63,357 bases of DNA from positions 49,042,001 to 49,105,357 of the forward strand of contig NC_087251.1 of assembly GCF_037042905.1 (NCBI RefSeq), in the 5' to 3' direction. Every line of letters starts with the position of its first letter. Position 1 is the first letter of the stretch. Positions 12,769 through 25,232 of this stretch are shown in pieces. Below the pieces are notes generated by a model, which was not told the DNA's origin, searched no databases, and saw nothing but the letters and a program-made list of their open reading frames with translations. This stretch comes from Lytechinus pictus (lineage: Eukaryota). Made by a program: the position numbers and the translations under genes.

Positions 12769-13178
12769 GTATCTCCCTCCTCATCTTGATCATAAGCATC
12801 ATTCGTGAGGTAGACCTCATCTGATGGAACTTCTTCTGCAGGTCTTTTTTGTGGCCTAACATTGGCATTCTCAGTCCTTTTTTCAACAGTCGGGTCTTGG
12901 AAATCTGAAAGCTGTATCCTGCTACTGCTAGATCTTGAGCTAGATTCACTTTCATACTGTCCCTCAATATGGAGATCTTGTAATCTGTCCGAGACTGAGC
13001 TGTATGTGGTACTCTCAGAAAGGTAGGCCGAGTCGCAAGTTGATTCGCATCGGTCCTGGTCTTGTTGATGATGGATGCCCATTTTTGCCTGGAAGTGACT
13101 GGCAGCACGAGCGGCAACGGCCGGTTCACCGCAGTCTTTCACTGTATCAGAGTCCAACGTAAATCCCTCCATGTCCAT
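12769..13178 (-). CDS. NFKBIA: IkappaB-like, exon 1 (signal-response region with DSAYLS degron and NES-like VSDRLQDLHI, ends DQDEEGDT)
   Basis: ATG at 13178, GTGAGT donor at 12768; the four exons total 1167 nt (388 aa plus stop). The symbol indicates family, not one-to-one orthology. Confidence 0.9.
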
Positions 13179-13525
13179 GATCTTTAAAATGCCTGAAGTC
13201 TCAAAGTTAGAGCAGTTCTGTAGATGATCCTAGTTATGCTAGGTAAGGATCCTTAGGTCCAATAAAGTGAATAAGATCACAAGCAGCACAGCCAAAAATT
13301 AAAAGTTAAGCATGAAATTAACGAAAATCCAAAAAAAGTTTGATTTGTGTTGGAATTTGGGCTGGTGTGTTGTTACGATCCGCGATGATAGATTTCTTCG
13401 ACGAAATAAAAAAATAAACAACGAAAAGAATAAGTTTTAATACGTCCAAAATGTAAATCAGCTGTTTAATACCTCTCGTTTTTCAAGTCAGCAATACACT
13501 AATAACAGCACAAGAAAAGGTCTCA

Positions 13526-13669
13526 AAATGGTCGCCACGTACAACGAGCGGTGTTATATAGGTGAAAATGAAAAAGGGGAATCCCAAATAATTTGAATCG
13601 CTTTGATTGGACGATTGTTTCATGTGACTGGAGCTAACCAATCAGAAGCAGACGTTCCGGGGAATCCCC
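13526..13669 (-). promoter_or_regulatory. IkappaB core promoter: Inr-like CCATTTT (predicted TSS 13529), TATATAA at -31, kappaB GGGGAATCCC (13576-13585), two CCAAT boxes (13606-13610, 13638-13642), kappaB GGGGAATCCCC (13659-13669) overlapping an Ets core
   Basis: Motifs read directly; canonical TATA-Inr spacing; NF-kappaB autoregulation of IkappaB is established. Confidence 0.8.
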
Positions 13670-14432
13670 GTACCGGTTTTTTTCTCGCTGTAGAAGAAGC
13701 GCGTTACAAAAACATATAATTGCTAAGTAAACAAAACTTTAAAAAAAAAAAGATCCCCATACTTGCAACACTCAATGTAAATTTCCCTGATATTAAAGCT
13801 GAACATATTTTAATAAGCTAAAGAGTGTAATTATCATTATGCACAAAACAAATGAAATTAGATCAACTGCAGTCTTAACAACAACAAAAAATACTAATAA
13901 TATTCGACAAAATAATATTTGGCCGAAAGATTAACTGCCTATGCTCTACAGATTAATACAATTTCTTTCTTCCTACAACCTAGTGAACCTATATATATGA
14001 GAGCCTCTTTTTGTTCTTAGCGAGTTAATTACAAATGATTACAGTTATAGTCAAGCCTATGATTATATCTATAACATCAAAAATAAGAGGCATAACGAAA
14101 TATTTGATAAATCACTTAATAAATGTATAGGCATCGTGAATGTAATTTCAAATCTACAAAGTTATTTACCTTCAAAATTCTTAATTCCAGCATTTTCCCT
14201 GCTAATTATTTAATGGATTAATTTTAGATATGGGTATATGCATTCATTCCATTTGAAAAGACAATATGTGCTCAAATTTGTTTTAACATGTCTGATTGCA
14301 TGACTTTTCTAATATGCCGGGGATTTCATGTTTTGCACACCGCACTGGCAAAGTGCCAATGGAACAGTATAGGTAATTTTAGAATTTTCTAGCTCGTTCA
14401 AAGAATGGCCCAGGTATATGGCTCCTCCACGT

Positions 14433-14778
14433 GGAGGAGCCGTGTTGTAGTGGTTCTGACTCTCGCCTTGTAAACAGAGGGTCGTGTGTTCGAATCCCAC
14501 CGAGGTCTGGCGTCCTTTGGCAAGGCGTTAATCCACACTTTGCCACTCTCGACCCAGGTGCTAAATGGGTACCCGGTAGGATGTGAAAGTCATTGTAGCT
14601 TGTCCAGTACTGTGTGCGCCTCACTGGCGACTGACTGGACTACTCCCCAGGGAGTGGAGTATGTGCACATGTGGGAATGACTGATTGAATCCGATGACCG
14701 GGGTAATTATATCTGTAAAGCGCTTAGACACGTCGTTCCGATGTATTAAGCGGTATATAAAAGCGGATTATTATTATT
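14433..14778 (+). mobile_element. tRNA-derived SINE, full length
   Basis: tRNA-like head with B box GTTCGAATC, central CCCAGGTG..AAATGGGTACC block, LINE-like tail ending (TTA)n; related copies in the window. Confidence 0.9.
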
Positions 14779-15553
14779 TATATATATATGATCATAATTG
14801 CCAAGCCTTAATCATGTAGTGTCATAGCGAATCTTATTGATATGAGGTCGAATCAGTTAATGGCATATTCAACACGGCATGAACCTTTGAAGACATGTTG
14901 AGATGAATCCCTATAATGTCTAAGACCCAAACAGAAAATTGGTGGTGGTGGTGATGTTGACGTTGATGATGATGATGATGATGATGATAATGATGATGAT
15001 ATGCAGCATTCGCTTAATATATATCAGGCAAGGGTCTTGTTTCATAAAACTTGATATGATAAAAAATTTGCGATTTAACCGTTTAGAGCTACTGAAATAA
15101 TTCACTTTGATTGGCTATAGTGTAGCAAACTTGTTATATAAATTGTGCATTCATTATTTTTACTGAAACAGAACCCTCGCATATTTGACAAAGGGTAAAA
15201 TGCAACATAATGGTTGGCTAAGAAAGGATGCAGCATGTTACAAGTACTTTTGTTGAGTAATAAGAAATGTAGTAAGTGCTGATGCACTGGTATACAGATG
15301 GGGCCTGGGGCCATGGCTGGGTCCCCCAAAAAAATTCGCGATCGTGAAAAAAATGAAGGAGAAAAGGAAGGAGAAGGAAAGGAAAATGGGCAAAATATTA
15401 TAATATCATCTTACGAATATTAAGTAAAAATTTGTCACAAAATTAGATTTTTGTATTAAAAAGGTCAATATATATATATTTTTTTTTTGACCTATACGCC
15501 ATATCTACCCCCCCCCCCCGCCTTATTTTAGGGGCTTATTATGCTTATGTCCT

Positions 15554-15712
15554 GGGGAGTGTTTCATCAACATTTTCATCCGGCAAGTTGACAGATCTGA
15601 CATCTTTCTCTGATGTTGATTGGCTGAGAGGTACTGTTACTATGGTAACTGTCGGATAAAATGGGACTTGTCGGATAAAACGTCCGACAAGTCCTTTCAT
15701 GAAACGCTCCCC
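15554..15712. mobile_element. Short TIR element (GGGGAG[C/T]GTTTCAT termini); same family as 27209-27613
   Basis: TIRs; near-identical inverted copy at 27.2 kb; degenerate copy near 51340-51503. Confidence 0.85.
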
Positions 15713-16825
15713 AGATGTATAATACCCTATCACCCTCCAAATAATATGATGTTCATTTCTGTATCAGTTTTTATCTGGTGATATTTCAAATGACTGAACA
15801 GAAAAAAAGTAAAATTTACAAAGTGTGTTACCATGGCAAAGGAAAGGTAACAATAAAATAAAATCAGCCTTTTTGGCTAGGCTGGTTTTTTTTTATCATT
15901 GATGATGGCCAGTTTTATTCAAAATTAGATTTTAGCGAAATGATCATATTGCAGCTTCTTGATTTTATGGTAACAAACAGTATTTAATTTCTTTCAATCA
16001 TCCATAATTAAATTATTACTTATTTATCTTTTACACATAACCTATAGAGGCCTATACTCTAATTTTCTTTAAGCTTTTATTTATTAGTTATTTTATGTTG
16101 TTGTTTTTCATAATTTAGTTAGGTATTTTTTACTAACAGATTATAACTTCAACATAAAATTGACAATCAGAAAGGTTATACTATTACACTTTAGTGATTA
16201 GTGATTATATTCATTATTTTTTTTTGGGGGGGGGGGTAGTTAATCTTTGTATGTTTGTGTGTTTCAACTCTTTTTCCTCATGCATGTTAATCCTTCATTC
16301 ATTTATCTCTCTTTCAAAATAATTGCCGGGATTTTTTTTAAACCCGATTTTCAGTATTCTTTGAGGAGGAGAATTTACTCTGTTTAGTTGATATTCGTAA
16401 AAATGACATCGTACAATTTCTTGCATACCGGTATACAGAAAATTCACTTTCATCGAAAATTGTCAATGTACTTTCCAAAAATGCATCCAATCGAGGTATG
16501 TAATTAAAATCCATTTTGATCAACAGTCTAAGCGTCATAATCAGATTCATATGAAACCAAAATAGACATTATTTTAAGTCCTATACGATTCGGCATTTTT
16601 TTTAAAGAAATATAATTTTCTACTATTTTTTTCGAGTGAAATTGATGACGCGAGTCAGGTATAAGGGTAGATCGAGCAATGCAATCCAACATGGCGAAAT
16701 CAATACCTTGTCATGCTTATTTTGAGAGGGGTCTGGCTATTCCCCACGTGACTATTATGCCTGTGGAATATTGTCGCGTTATGCAATGTCAAAGTCCCGG
16801 TCAAAATCATATCGTTGCAACACTA

Positions 16826-17110
16826 CACTGTAAAAGATATTGGGTGAAACTTTTACCACCACGAGGGTAATTATGTGTCCAACTAATTTGGGGCAGTATT
16901 TTACCCAATGCGGGAAGCATATTGTCTAAAGTTAAAAAAATAAGTATAGCAATTACTTTAGAATGGGCAAAATTTTCATTACACTGGATAAATAAAAATG
17001 CCCAAAAGAAATGCCCAATGTTGATTGGACACATAAATTACCCTCATGGAGCACTTTTACCATGGACCTACTGGTAGGTTCATGTTTATACCCAATATTT
17101 TTTTAGAGTG
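16826..17110. mobile_element. CACT-terminated MITE with TA flanks (CMC/EnSpm-like)
   Basis: ta|CACTGTAAAAGATATTGGGT..ACCCAATATTTTTTAGAGTG|ta. Confidence 0.7.
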
Positions 17111-18154
17111 TATAGGACTAAAACTTGTTACATTCGTTGTGTGATAACATTGTTGGATGGGGCAATAATATTTCAAGCTAATCATGGTAGGGTATTTTTC
17201 ATTTATCATTCCTTTTTTTATTTCAAATCATGCATGAATAACCTGCCACGTCATTTCCACCATTCACGATTTCGAAGAATAATACGTAATACTATTTTCA
17301 ATGGTGAAATATATTCGTATTATTACCATGCAAATTTAACATGCATGATGCAAAGCTGTCATTGCTTTATCCATGGAGACATACCAACAAATATCTACAT
17401 TTTTTTTTTTTTTTTTTATGTATCAATTAGTCTAAACTTTACATCGAATATACCGAATATACACATGTAGGCCTACGTCACACTTATCCATTCATAGTTC
17501 ATGTTCTTGACGTGAATGCGTCATACGTGGGTATATGACGTGCATAGTTTAGTCTTTAAGCACAGACTCAAATTTTATATTTTAACAAATTATACCATGT
17601 CTAGAGTGAAGACTAGACTCCAAACTCCCTGTCTGTGTCAATTAAATTATTGAAGCAGCCACATTGTATAAGTGAGTCTAGTTTCACTACTTCAGACTCT
17701 GCATTATGTACAATAAGAAAAGTAAAGGTCTGTCCCTACAGACTATACGTAGTCAGTTGACGATAGAAGTCAGTTTGTATTGTATTCTGTAGATACCACA
17801 CTTCTCAGAGATGTAAATTATGTTGGATACAGTTCAATGGGTAAAATATATTTCAGTGTGTGCTTGTACCAGGTTGCATCATACCCACCCTTAACCGGCC
17901 CTTAACTTAAAACTCTCATCATTTACCAATTTAACTTTGTGATTCACTGTATACCACCGATCTCGTGACCGTTATTGGGCAACTATAGTGGAAAGTAAAT
18001 ATAATAACACCAACCGGGTCGCTGTTACGGTATTTTCCATCATTTTCTATATAGGGGCATGTGCAAACTGATGGCGACAATAAGATATTTTGAAATAAAA
18101 TACATGAATGTTTCTGCTATAATTCTAAGCCCATGCACATGGTCACTATTAGTG

Positions 18155-18870
18155 ATTTATTTATTTATTTATTTATTTTGTTTTATTTATTTTATACTGC
18201 AGGGTAGGCCTGTTCAGTTCTTAAAACTGCTTTACAAAGGCGCCCTGCAGTTTAAAATACATGTCAAGATAACTATGAACAACAACAACAAACAACATCA
18301 AAAATACAAAATATCTAACATCAGAAACAATTAACAGCAAAATATAGAGTGGGAAGTGACAATTTAAACATACATAGCATTGTAAATCAATGGAATATCA
18401 TTTCGCTCTTTATCAATTCGTATGAAAGGCTTTGCATATTTTTTTAAAAACTAACAAGGAGGTACAAACTTGTAAATTTGAAGGAAGTGTATTAAACAAT
18501 TTGGGTCCGACATATGCGAAAGATTTTCTTTTATGTTCAATTCTAGCTTTGGGAAGCTGAAGGGGGCATCGTAAAGAATACCGTGTCCTGTATTTCACGG
18601 GCCGTTTACATACTAAAGGTTTTAAATAATTTGGAACTAAATCATTCATTATTTTATGTACAAGAACACAATACTGATATTTTATACGCTGATCTACTGA
18701 TTGCCACTTCAGTGACTGCAACAAAGAAATTTGTGATGTATTATAATCTTTTTTCAAAAGCATTCTGGCATATTTATTTTGAAGTTTTTGTATCTTATCT
18801 AAATGTATTTTTGCACTGCTTCCCCAAGATGTAATACAGTAATCAATGTATTATTGTAACCTTTTGAAAT
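18155..18870 (-). mobile_element. 3' fragment of an L2/Crack-like LINE
   Basis: ORF 18413-18763 (LKWQSVDQRIKY..KIMNDLVPNYL..KSFAYVGPKLFNTLP) is a LINE ORF2 C-terminus; terminal stem-loop and (TAAA)n tail. Confidence 0.82.
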
Positions 18871-21120
18871 ATTGTGTTTGATAGTAACCCCTTCATGATC
18901 GGAAAGCAAATTTCGTCGACCACATGACCGAGACATAATGATCACACATGGGTCAAAGTATTTTCTTATATGGGACCAATCATACTATTTATTCTCTAGG
19001 TCTACATTTTGTGTAAGTCCGACGCCCAGTGACGATGCCACAGCTAGGGGAGGGGGTAAAGGGATGACCACCCCTCCCTTATGAATTTTCAAGTTATAGA
19101 AAAAGGGGAAAGGGTGGGATAGAAAAGGAGAGCATGAAAAGGAAGGTCTGGATCGTTTTACTCTATAATGCCCTTATTATGTAATTGACCGAGGAAAATG
19201 ATGAAGTTGGTTTTGAACCCCCCCCCCCCTCAATAAAAATATCCTCGCGCCGCCCCTGCCGACATCGCTATACTGTGTCCCATTCCATCTTCAGTGCTTG
19301 AGCATTTTATTATTCATTTGTATTTATTTATATTTATCTATGTTTATTCAGATTTATTTATATTTATTAATTTATATTTAATCATTTATTCATTTATCTA
19401 TATTTATATTTATTTATATAAAAATAGAGAAACAATATCAATAGGCCTATCCCTATTTTAGAATTGCTCTCCTTCATAATAGAGTAACTTATTATAGCAA
19501 TATTTTTCCCAAAAAAATCTTGGCTTAACAATGGATTGTGCAATTATGAATGTGAACTAGCAATGTCGCCAGCGCCAAGAGATGATATGCCTCCATATAC
19601 GATTTGGAACGGTATAATTATTTGGATGGATAACAATAATCGATGTGAGAAACCCGGTGGGAAACTTTCGTCTGAAGAAAAGAAACGAGTAAGGGTACAA
19701 AGTTGTAAAATGTGGATGTGGTTGATAACAGTATAGGCCTATCACAATGTCGTTTCGGTGAGTGTTCCAGAAAATTATGAGAGATCGAACAAAAGGTAAT
19801 AATTAAATGAAAATAGTTACATGTTGAATTGAAATAACAATCATCTATAATAATAATCTCAGGAGCGGACCCAGGACGGAACACAAAAATCTCAAAATTT
19901 TATTACTCCAAAATAGAATTATCACTGATAAAGAATGTATGAATAGAATAAAATAAATGATGCAGTTGGCCAAGAAAGTCTGTCGTCCCAATTCCTAAAT
20001 GGTCATTGCTAAAAAAATGACATGTTTTAAAATATGGGTCGCAATGCAAGTTTTGAGGAAGGGGGGTAAAGTGAGGGGGTACGTGTTACGAGCTCTTAAT
20101 ATCTAAACCCACAATTGGTTGAATATGATTATATATGATTATAAATTTCGGCTCATGGGGTGTACATATATGTAACAGAATTATATGAAAAACTGCTACA
20201 GACAGCATTTATTATCGGGGTGCTGTATGTTAACTCAGTGTCGGAAGGGGATATTTTTCTTTTTTTTCAAAGTTAACGGTATGTTTCCGTTTGATTTCAC
20301 CTGTCTTCATTATCTGCAGACTTTGATCTCACTGATATTGTTATACTGCAGAATTCTACCCCCCCCCCCCCTTTTTTTCCCCCTCTCTCTCTTATTTGTT
20401 GGCATTAATCCAATAATGTGTCGTTCTTTTTCTAATTCTCCTGCCAGCACCTACGAAACAACCGCCCCACCCCCGTATTCAAAAGGACGGGTTAAACAAC
20501 TGAAAATAAATCAGTCACAGATAGAAGAAGCAAATAATTGCTACGATAATTTCTCTTACAAATAAAAATCGTACCACCAAAAAATGTGCGTATATTAGTA
20601 TTACCACGCATTTTACTCATTTATGTTAACATTCCGACAGTGCACGGGATTACAAGAAAGACCATTATTCACACAACGAGATTGTGTTGACAAAATGTTA
20701 AGTGATAGATTAAAAAATATATGGCCTAGGGAAGCGGGGTGTTGAAGCACCCCGGGCACCCCCCCCCCAAGATTTGCCTAGGGAATGCTGCGTGTGTTGG
20801 GCAGCACTCACTGGAAATCAAGTGTATGCTAAAAAGTAGAAATGTAACCAAAACCACAATCAACTTTGTAGTGAGAACCCTTTTTTTTTTTTTTTGCATG
20901 TCAATTTTTTTTCTTCAAATTACATTCATTTGGAGTTAAAACCCCCCATTTTTTTTTTGGGGGGGGGGGACTTTCAAAATTTTCTGCCAAACCAGCGCCC
21001 CTTTAAAGAATCTTTCGTAGTGTCCTAAGAAAATATAAACCTATATCATAACCACCCAAGCTAATAGTTGTGAAATTATCGCTGTTATTCACCTTATTAA
21101 GGTTGAGGTGATGTTTTTTC

Positions 21121-21383
21121 GGTTCTAGGACAATTACCCCCCGGACAATTATCACCGGACAACTACCCCCGGACAATTACCCCCGAGGACAATTACCCCC
21201 CCCCCCGGACAATTACCCCCTGAGGACAATTAGGGGGGGGGTAATTGTCCGGGGGGTAATTGTCCTCGGGGGGTAATTGTCCTCAGGGGGTAATTGTCCG
21301 GGGGTTAGTTGTCCGGGGGTAATTGTCCTCAGAGGTAATTGTCCGGGGGGGTAATTGTCCTCAGGGGGTAATTGTCCTGATCC
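21121..21383. mobile_element. Palindromic element built of GGACAATTACCCC units (forward then inverted); possibly MULE-like
   Basis: About 7 forward and about 9 reverse units around a centre near 21230; imperfect T-rich 9-bp flanks. Confidence 0.7.
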
Positions 21384-24300
21384 CGTTTTTTTTTCTCATG
21401 ACGTAGCATATGTATTATAATTCCCTGTTGTTGTTTGTGTTTATCAATGCGTCTTGTCATCATACGAAGCAGATATTTAACAAAGAGAATGATACAATAC
21501 TTACAGCTGATTGAGAGGAGAGAAAAATTGATAAAATGACAGAATTTTTTAATGTATGAATATTCATAATTATAACAATTATATGAGCACGAACCTCCGA
21601 AAATGGGGATATAATGTTTTCTAGATATCCCCTGACCAAAAATCCCTCCCCCCCCCCCCCCTCAGAAAACACAAGCAGGAAGACAATACAGTTACAAGTA
21701 CTTTTTCAATACACAATACCCAACTCACTATATCACACTTTCTCTCGCTTCTTTTTTTTTCTCTCTGTCTCTTCCAAATTAGTGTAAAACTGTGTAATTG
21801 TAAGAAAATGGCTCAAATTTGCATTTTGTAGCAAATGATTTGAAGTAAAAAAAAAGATTTTTGTAGTTAAAAATAACATCGTCGAAAGAGTGCACTAAAA
21901 CTCAATGTCTATAGGGGTTGGTTCAATGCACCCCAAGGTGTGCTAATGAGTGCAATTATGATATGCTCATTTGTGCACCTTTCACCCAAATTTGCATCTT
22001 TATAAGGGTGCAAACAAGCATTTCTTGGTGCAAATAATGATAAAAGCTAGGGTGCACTTTTGCAAATTTTTGCCACTTAAGGTGCAAGTTCACATCCCAA
22101 AAGGTCGGTACAACTACAAGTTTATAGTGTGGCATTTAGGGTTCAACTATTTCTATGTGACCCTTTTCCATGTTTAAGACGGATTTTAAGCACTTTATAT
22201 ACTTTCGGCATGTGAAAATCATATACGTGAGGAAGGAAACGTTGTCAAAACAAAACAATGAAATTCAGTCATGACCTTATGACATCTCAAAATCTATACC
22301 AGTCTCACGGCCGAAAAAATACGTGTAAATTCGCATGTAGTGATGATCATAGAAGAATAATGGAAATACCTTATCCGAATTCTAAAATCACTGAACCTTT
22401 AAAAAAGCCTCTCTATATTCCCTGAAGTAAAATAAAAAGGATCAATGTTTTATAGGGGCAGACATATCCTTCTCGGGACCAAAATGACGCTTAGCACCCC
22501 CTGTAAAAAATGGTGTATATGTATTTTTCTTCTCTCTTTTTGCAATTTTTAAGTCATGACTGAGGTCTGCATGGGGCCAGTAACACAGAGCTTAGCAATC
22601 ATCGTAGTATATAATATATATATATATATATATAGCAAAATACAAGGTGAATAAAACAACCGTAGAGAGAAAAGTTAGATCAAATTTTCGCCCATAGGGC
22701 TTCATCAGGAAATATATATATAATGTATACGATTAATTTAATTGGCTAGTATACAATGTACAATTAATAGAGTAAATCTTAGTGTACGATTAATCGCCAA
22801 CCTTTTTGTTACAGGAACCTGGTCGGCAAGAATTTTGATTTTTTTTTCTTCTGGCGATAAAAACCACGCTGTGGATTTTGTCTTCAATCAGCTGTGCGCT
22901 CATTACTACAACAAGTTTTACTTCTACTACAATAATCTTGATAATAATTATAATATCTTTCGAGGTTTTTTTTACAAGATGTAACAGATGATACGCAAAT
23001 TGCTGGAGTCTCAAAGAGTTTATTTATATAACAAAAATACACAAACTTGCATTTCAGCCATCAAGGGAAATTGAATAATTGAATTCAATAAAATACAAAT
23101 TTGACGCACAGTATCAAGCTACATTCACAATCATCAACGAAACCAAACTGCAAACCGATCGATACTATTTAATTGGAAATTGGGGAGTCTGGAGTCGGTT
23201 TAGTCGATGTGACTGAGGTTTTATGCTCAAAATGGTACTATAGTTCAGTAATGACCACGGGTAAACAATCTGGCTTTAGAACTTACATAAAGATGGCAGG
23301 CTATGCGGAACACCGATGATATATAATTTCTGAAGATTATTAAGTAACCAAGATTACAGGGAAAGGAGGTCACTGCTAAACACTGTTGTCTAATATTTAC
23401 CACGTCCTGTTATTTGCCGAAAATGTACCATTTTCTGTCAGAATATCAAAAATTAAAGCTCGGCTTCGCACTCGCAATAATTGTTTAGTGAGATACACAT
23501 CCTGTTTACGATTACAAAAAAAGAGCTTAGAATGTCCCGTTTTATGATCTGGATATCTCAAATTCACATTATTTATTCATTGAGAAGCATAACCTCTTTT
23601 CTCTACGTGTGCCGAGCAATGCCCTTTTCAGGCCAGTTTAATTCAGCTCACGCTTCGCGCTTGCATTCATAATACAGATACGCATCCTGTTCATGATTTT
23701 TTTTAAGTGCTTGGAATGTCCCATTTTCAGGACGCTCTTAGCGCTTGCATTATAATATACATATCTTCTTTATGAATTCCTACATAAATAATCAAATTGT
23801 CTCTTTTTAATAAAAATCAATCGCGTGCGCATTATATATGCCTTATGAGATACTACTATTATTTGTAAATATAAAGCTAACATGTTTCTAGGACTACCCC
23901 TCCCATAAACAAAAGAACAGATTTTATCATCGAGCAGCTGATCTGGAAAATTGTGGATGAAAGTAAATTTTCAGTTCCCTCTGGCACAATGCTGGATCCA
24001 CCCCTTCAGTTGAGTGTCTTACTGTATGCAACTACATTATAGTTTATTATAATGCATGCTCTGGATTTGAATAAACCACAAAGTATTCATAGGTTATAAA
24101 TTAGGGTTGGGTTATACGGTCATTATTACGAATGGCACGAAATTTTCTTTCAAAATTATAACATATCTTATACATACCGATGCTCTAATCAAACAATATC
24201 CAGAGACACTTGAAAAAAACAAAAACAAATGCTGGTTCAAACATACATGCAATGCAAAATAAAAGTTAAACAAGGTTAAAATCAAAACGGATGAACGGAG

Positions 24301-24557
24301 TCCCAAAGTTGCGGAAATGAGCAGGACCTGATATTACATTTTGCAAATAAAAATTTTTGGCGGTCCCTTATTTTCCAATTTATGTTGTTGTTGTTTGATT
24401 TAATATCATAAAGTATATATGTTGTTCGAAGTTGATATTTTATAGCATGGTATTGGATTGAAACAACAACTACAACAAGAATTAAATATCTTTCCTAGCT
24501 CTAACCCCCCCCCCCCCGCCTCCATCTCCATCGCGCTGACTTGCATTGATCAAGGTG

Positions 24558-24688
24558 TAGCCTCTTGTCGAGGCCCTGTCGGCTGCTTTTCGGGCGAACA
24601 TGGCTAAGCCAGGCCTAATTCGCTTCGCGAATTAGGAAATCCCTCGCTTCGCTCGAGAAGCAGCCGCCAGGGCCTCGACAAGAGGCTA
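24558..24688. mobile_element. 131-bp MITE, TAG..CTA termini, perfect 9-bp TSD ATCAAGGTG (AcademH-like)
   Basis: About 35-bp TIR TAGCCTCTTGTCGAGGCCCTG..; TSD at 24549-24557 and 24689-24697. Confidence 0.88.
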
Positions 24689-25232
24689 ATCAAGGTGTGG
24701 ATGTGTGGGTAGTTATCCACAACAAAACAAGCTGAAATGTAGATTTTGGAAAATATTTTCCCAGATCTAACGGCGGCCAGTTTATATTTTTTGATTACTA
24801 TAAAAGAATACGAGATAGTCATCGAGAACTGTCATGACAAAATAAACATACATTCACACAAAATAATGTTATATTAGCTGAAGAGTAAACGCATGTATCC
24901 TTTTTTTACTCGAAGGCCATAATACATCCTTCATCTTGGGAAAACCATGTGTACTTCGATGAAATATAATCAATAAAGATCGACGATAAAATACAGCGCA
25001 TATATAATCAATTTCAAAATCCATTCTAACTTTATAGTACATAGGTGATGCTTTACCAATCATTAACAATTGATATCAATTCAAATTTTGATTATTCATT
25101 GTATGGGAAAAAGATAAGGGGATTCCCATTTTGAAAGAGGTACGAGGCGGTGCGAGGGTCGCCCATGTGTGACTGATCAAGATAATAGGCGTTGCCTTAA
25201 TTCCTTCGTCATAATTGTCGGTGGACTACTAA

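Noticed and set aside
12761-13129. 122-codon alternate frame overlapping IkappaB exon 1
   Set aside because: Starts at a non-ATG codon, has no recognisable motif, and is expected by chance in a coding exon
14433-14505. tRNA gene
   Set aside because: It is the tRNA-like head of a multi-copy SINE with body and tail
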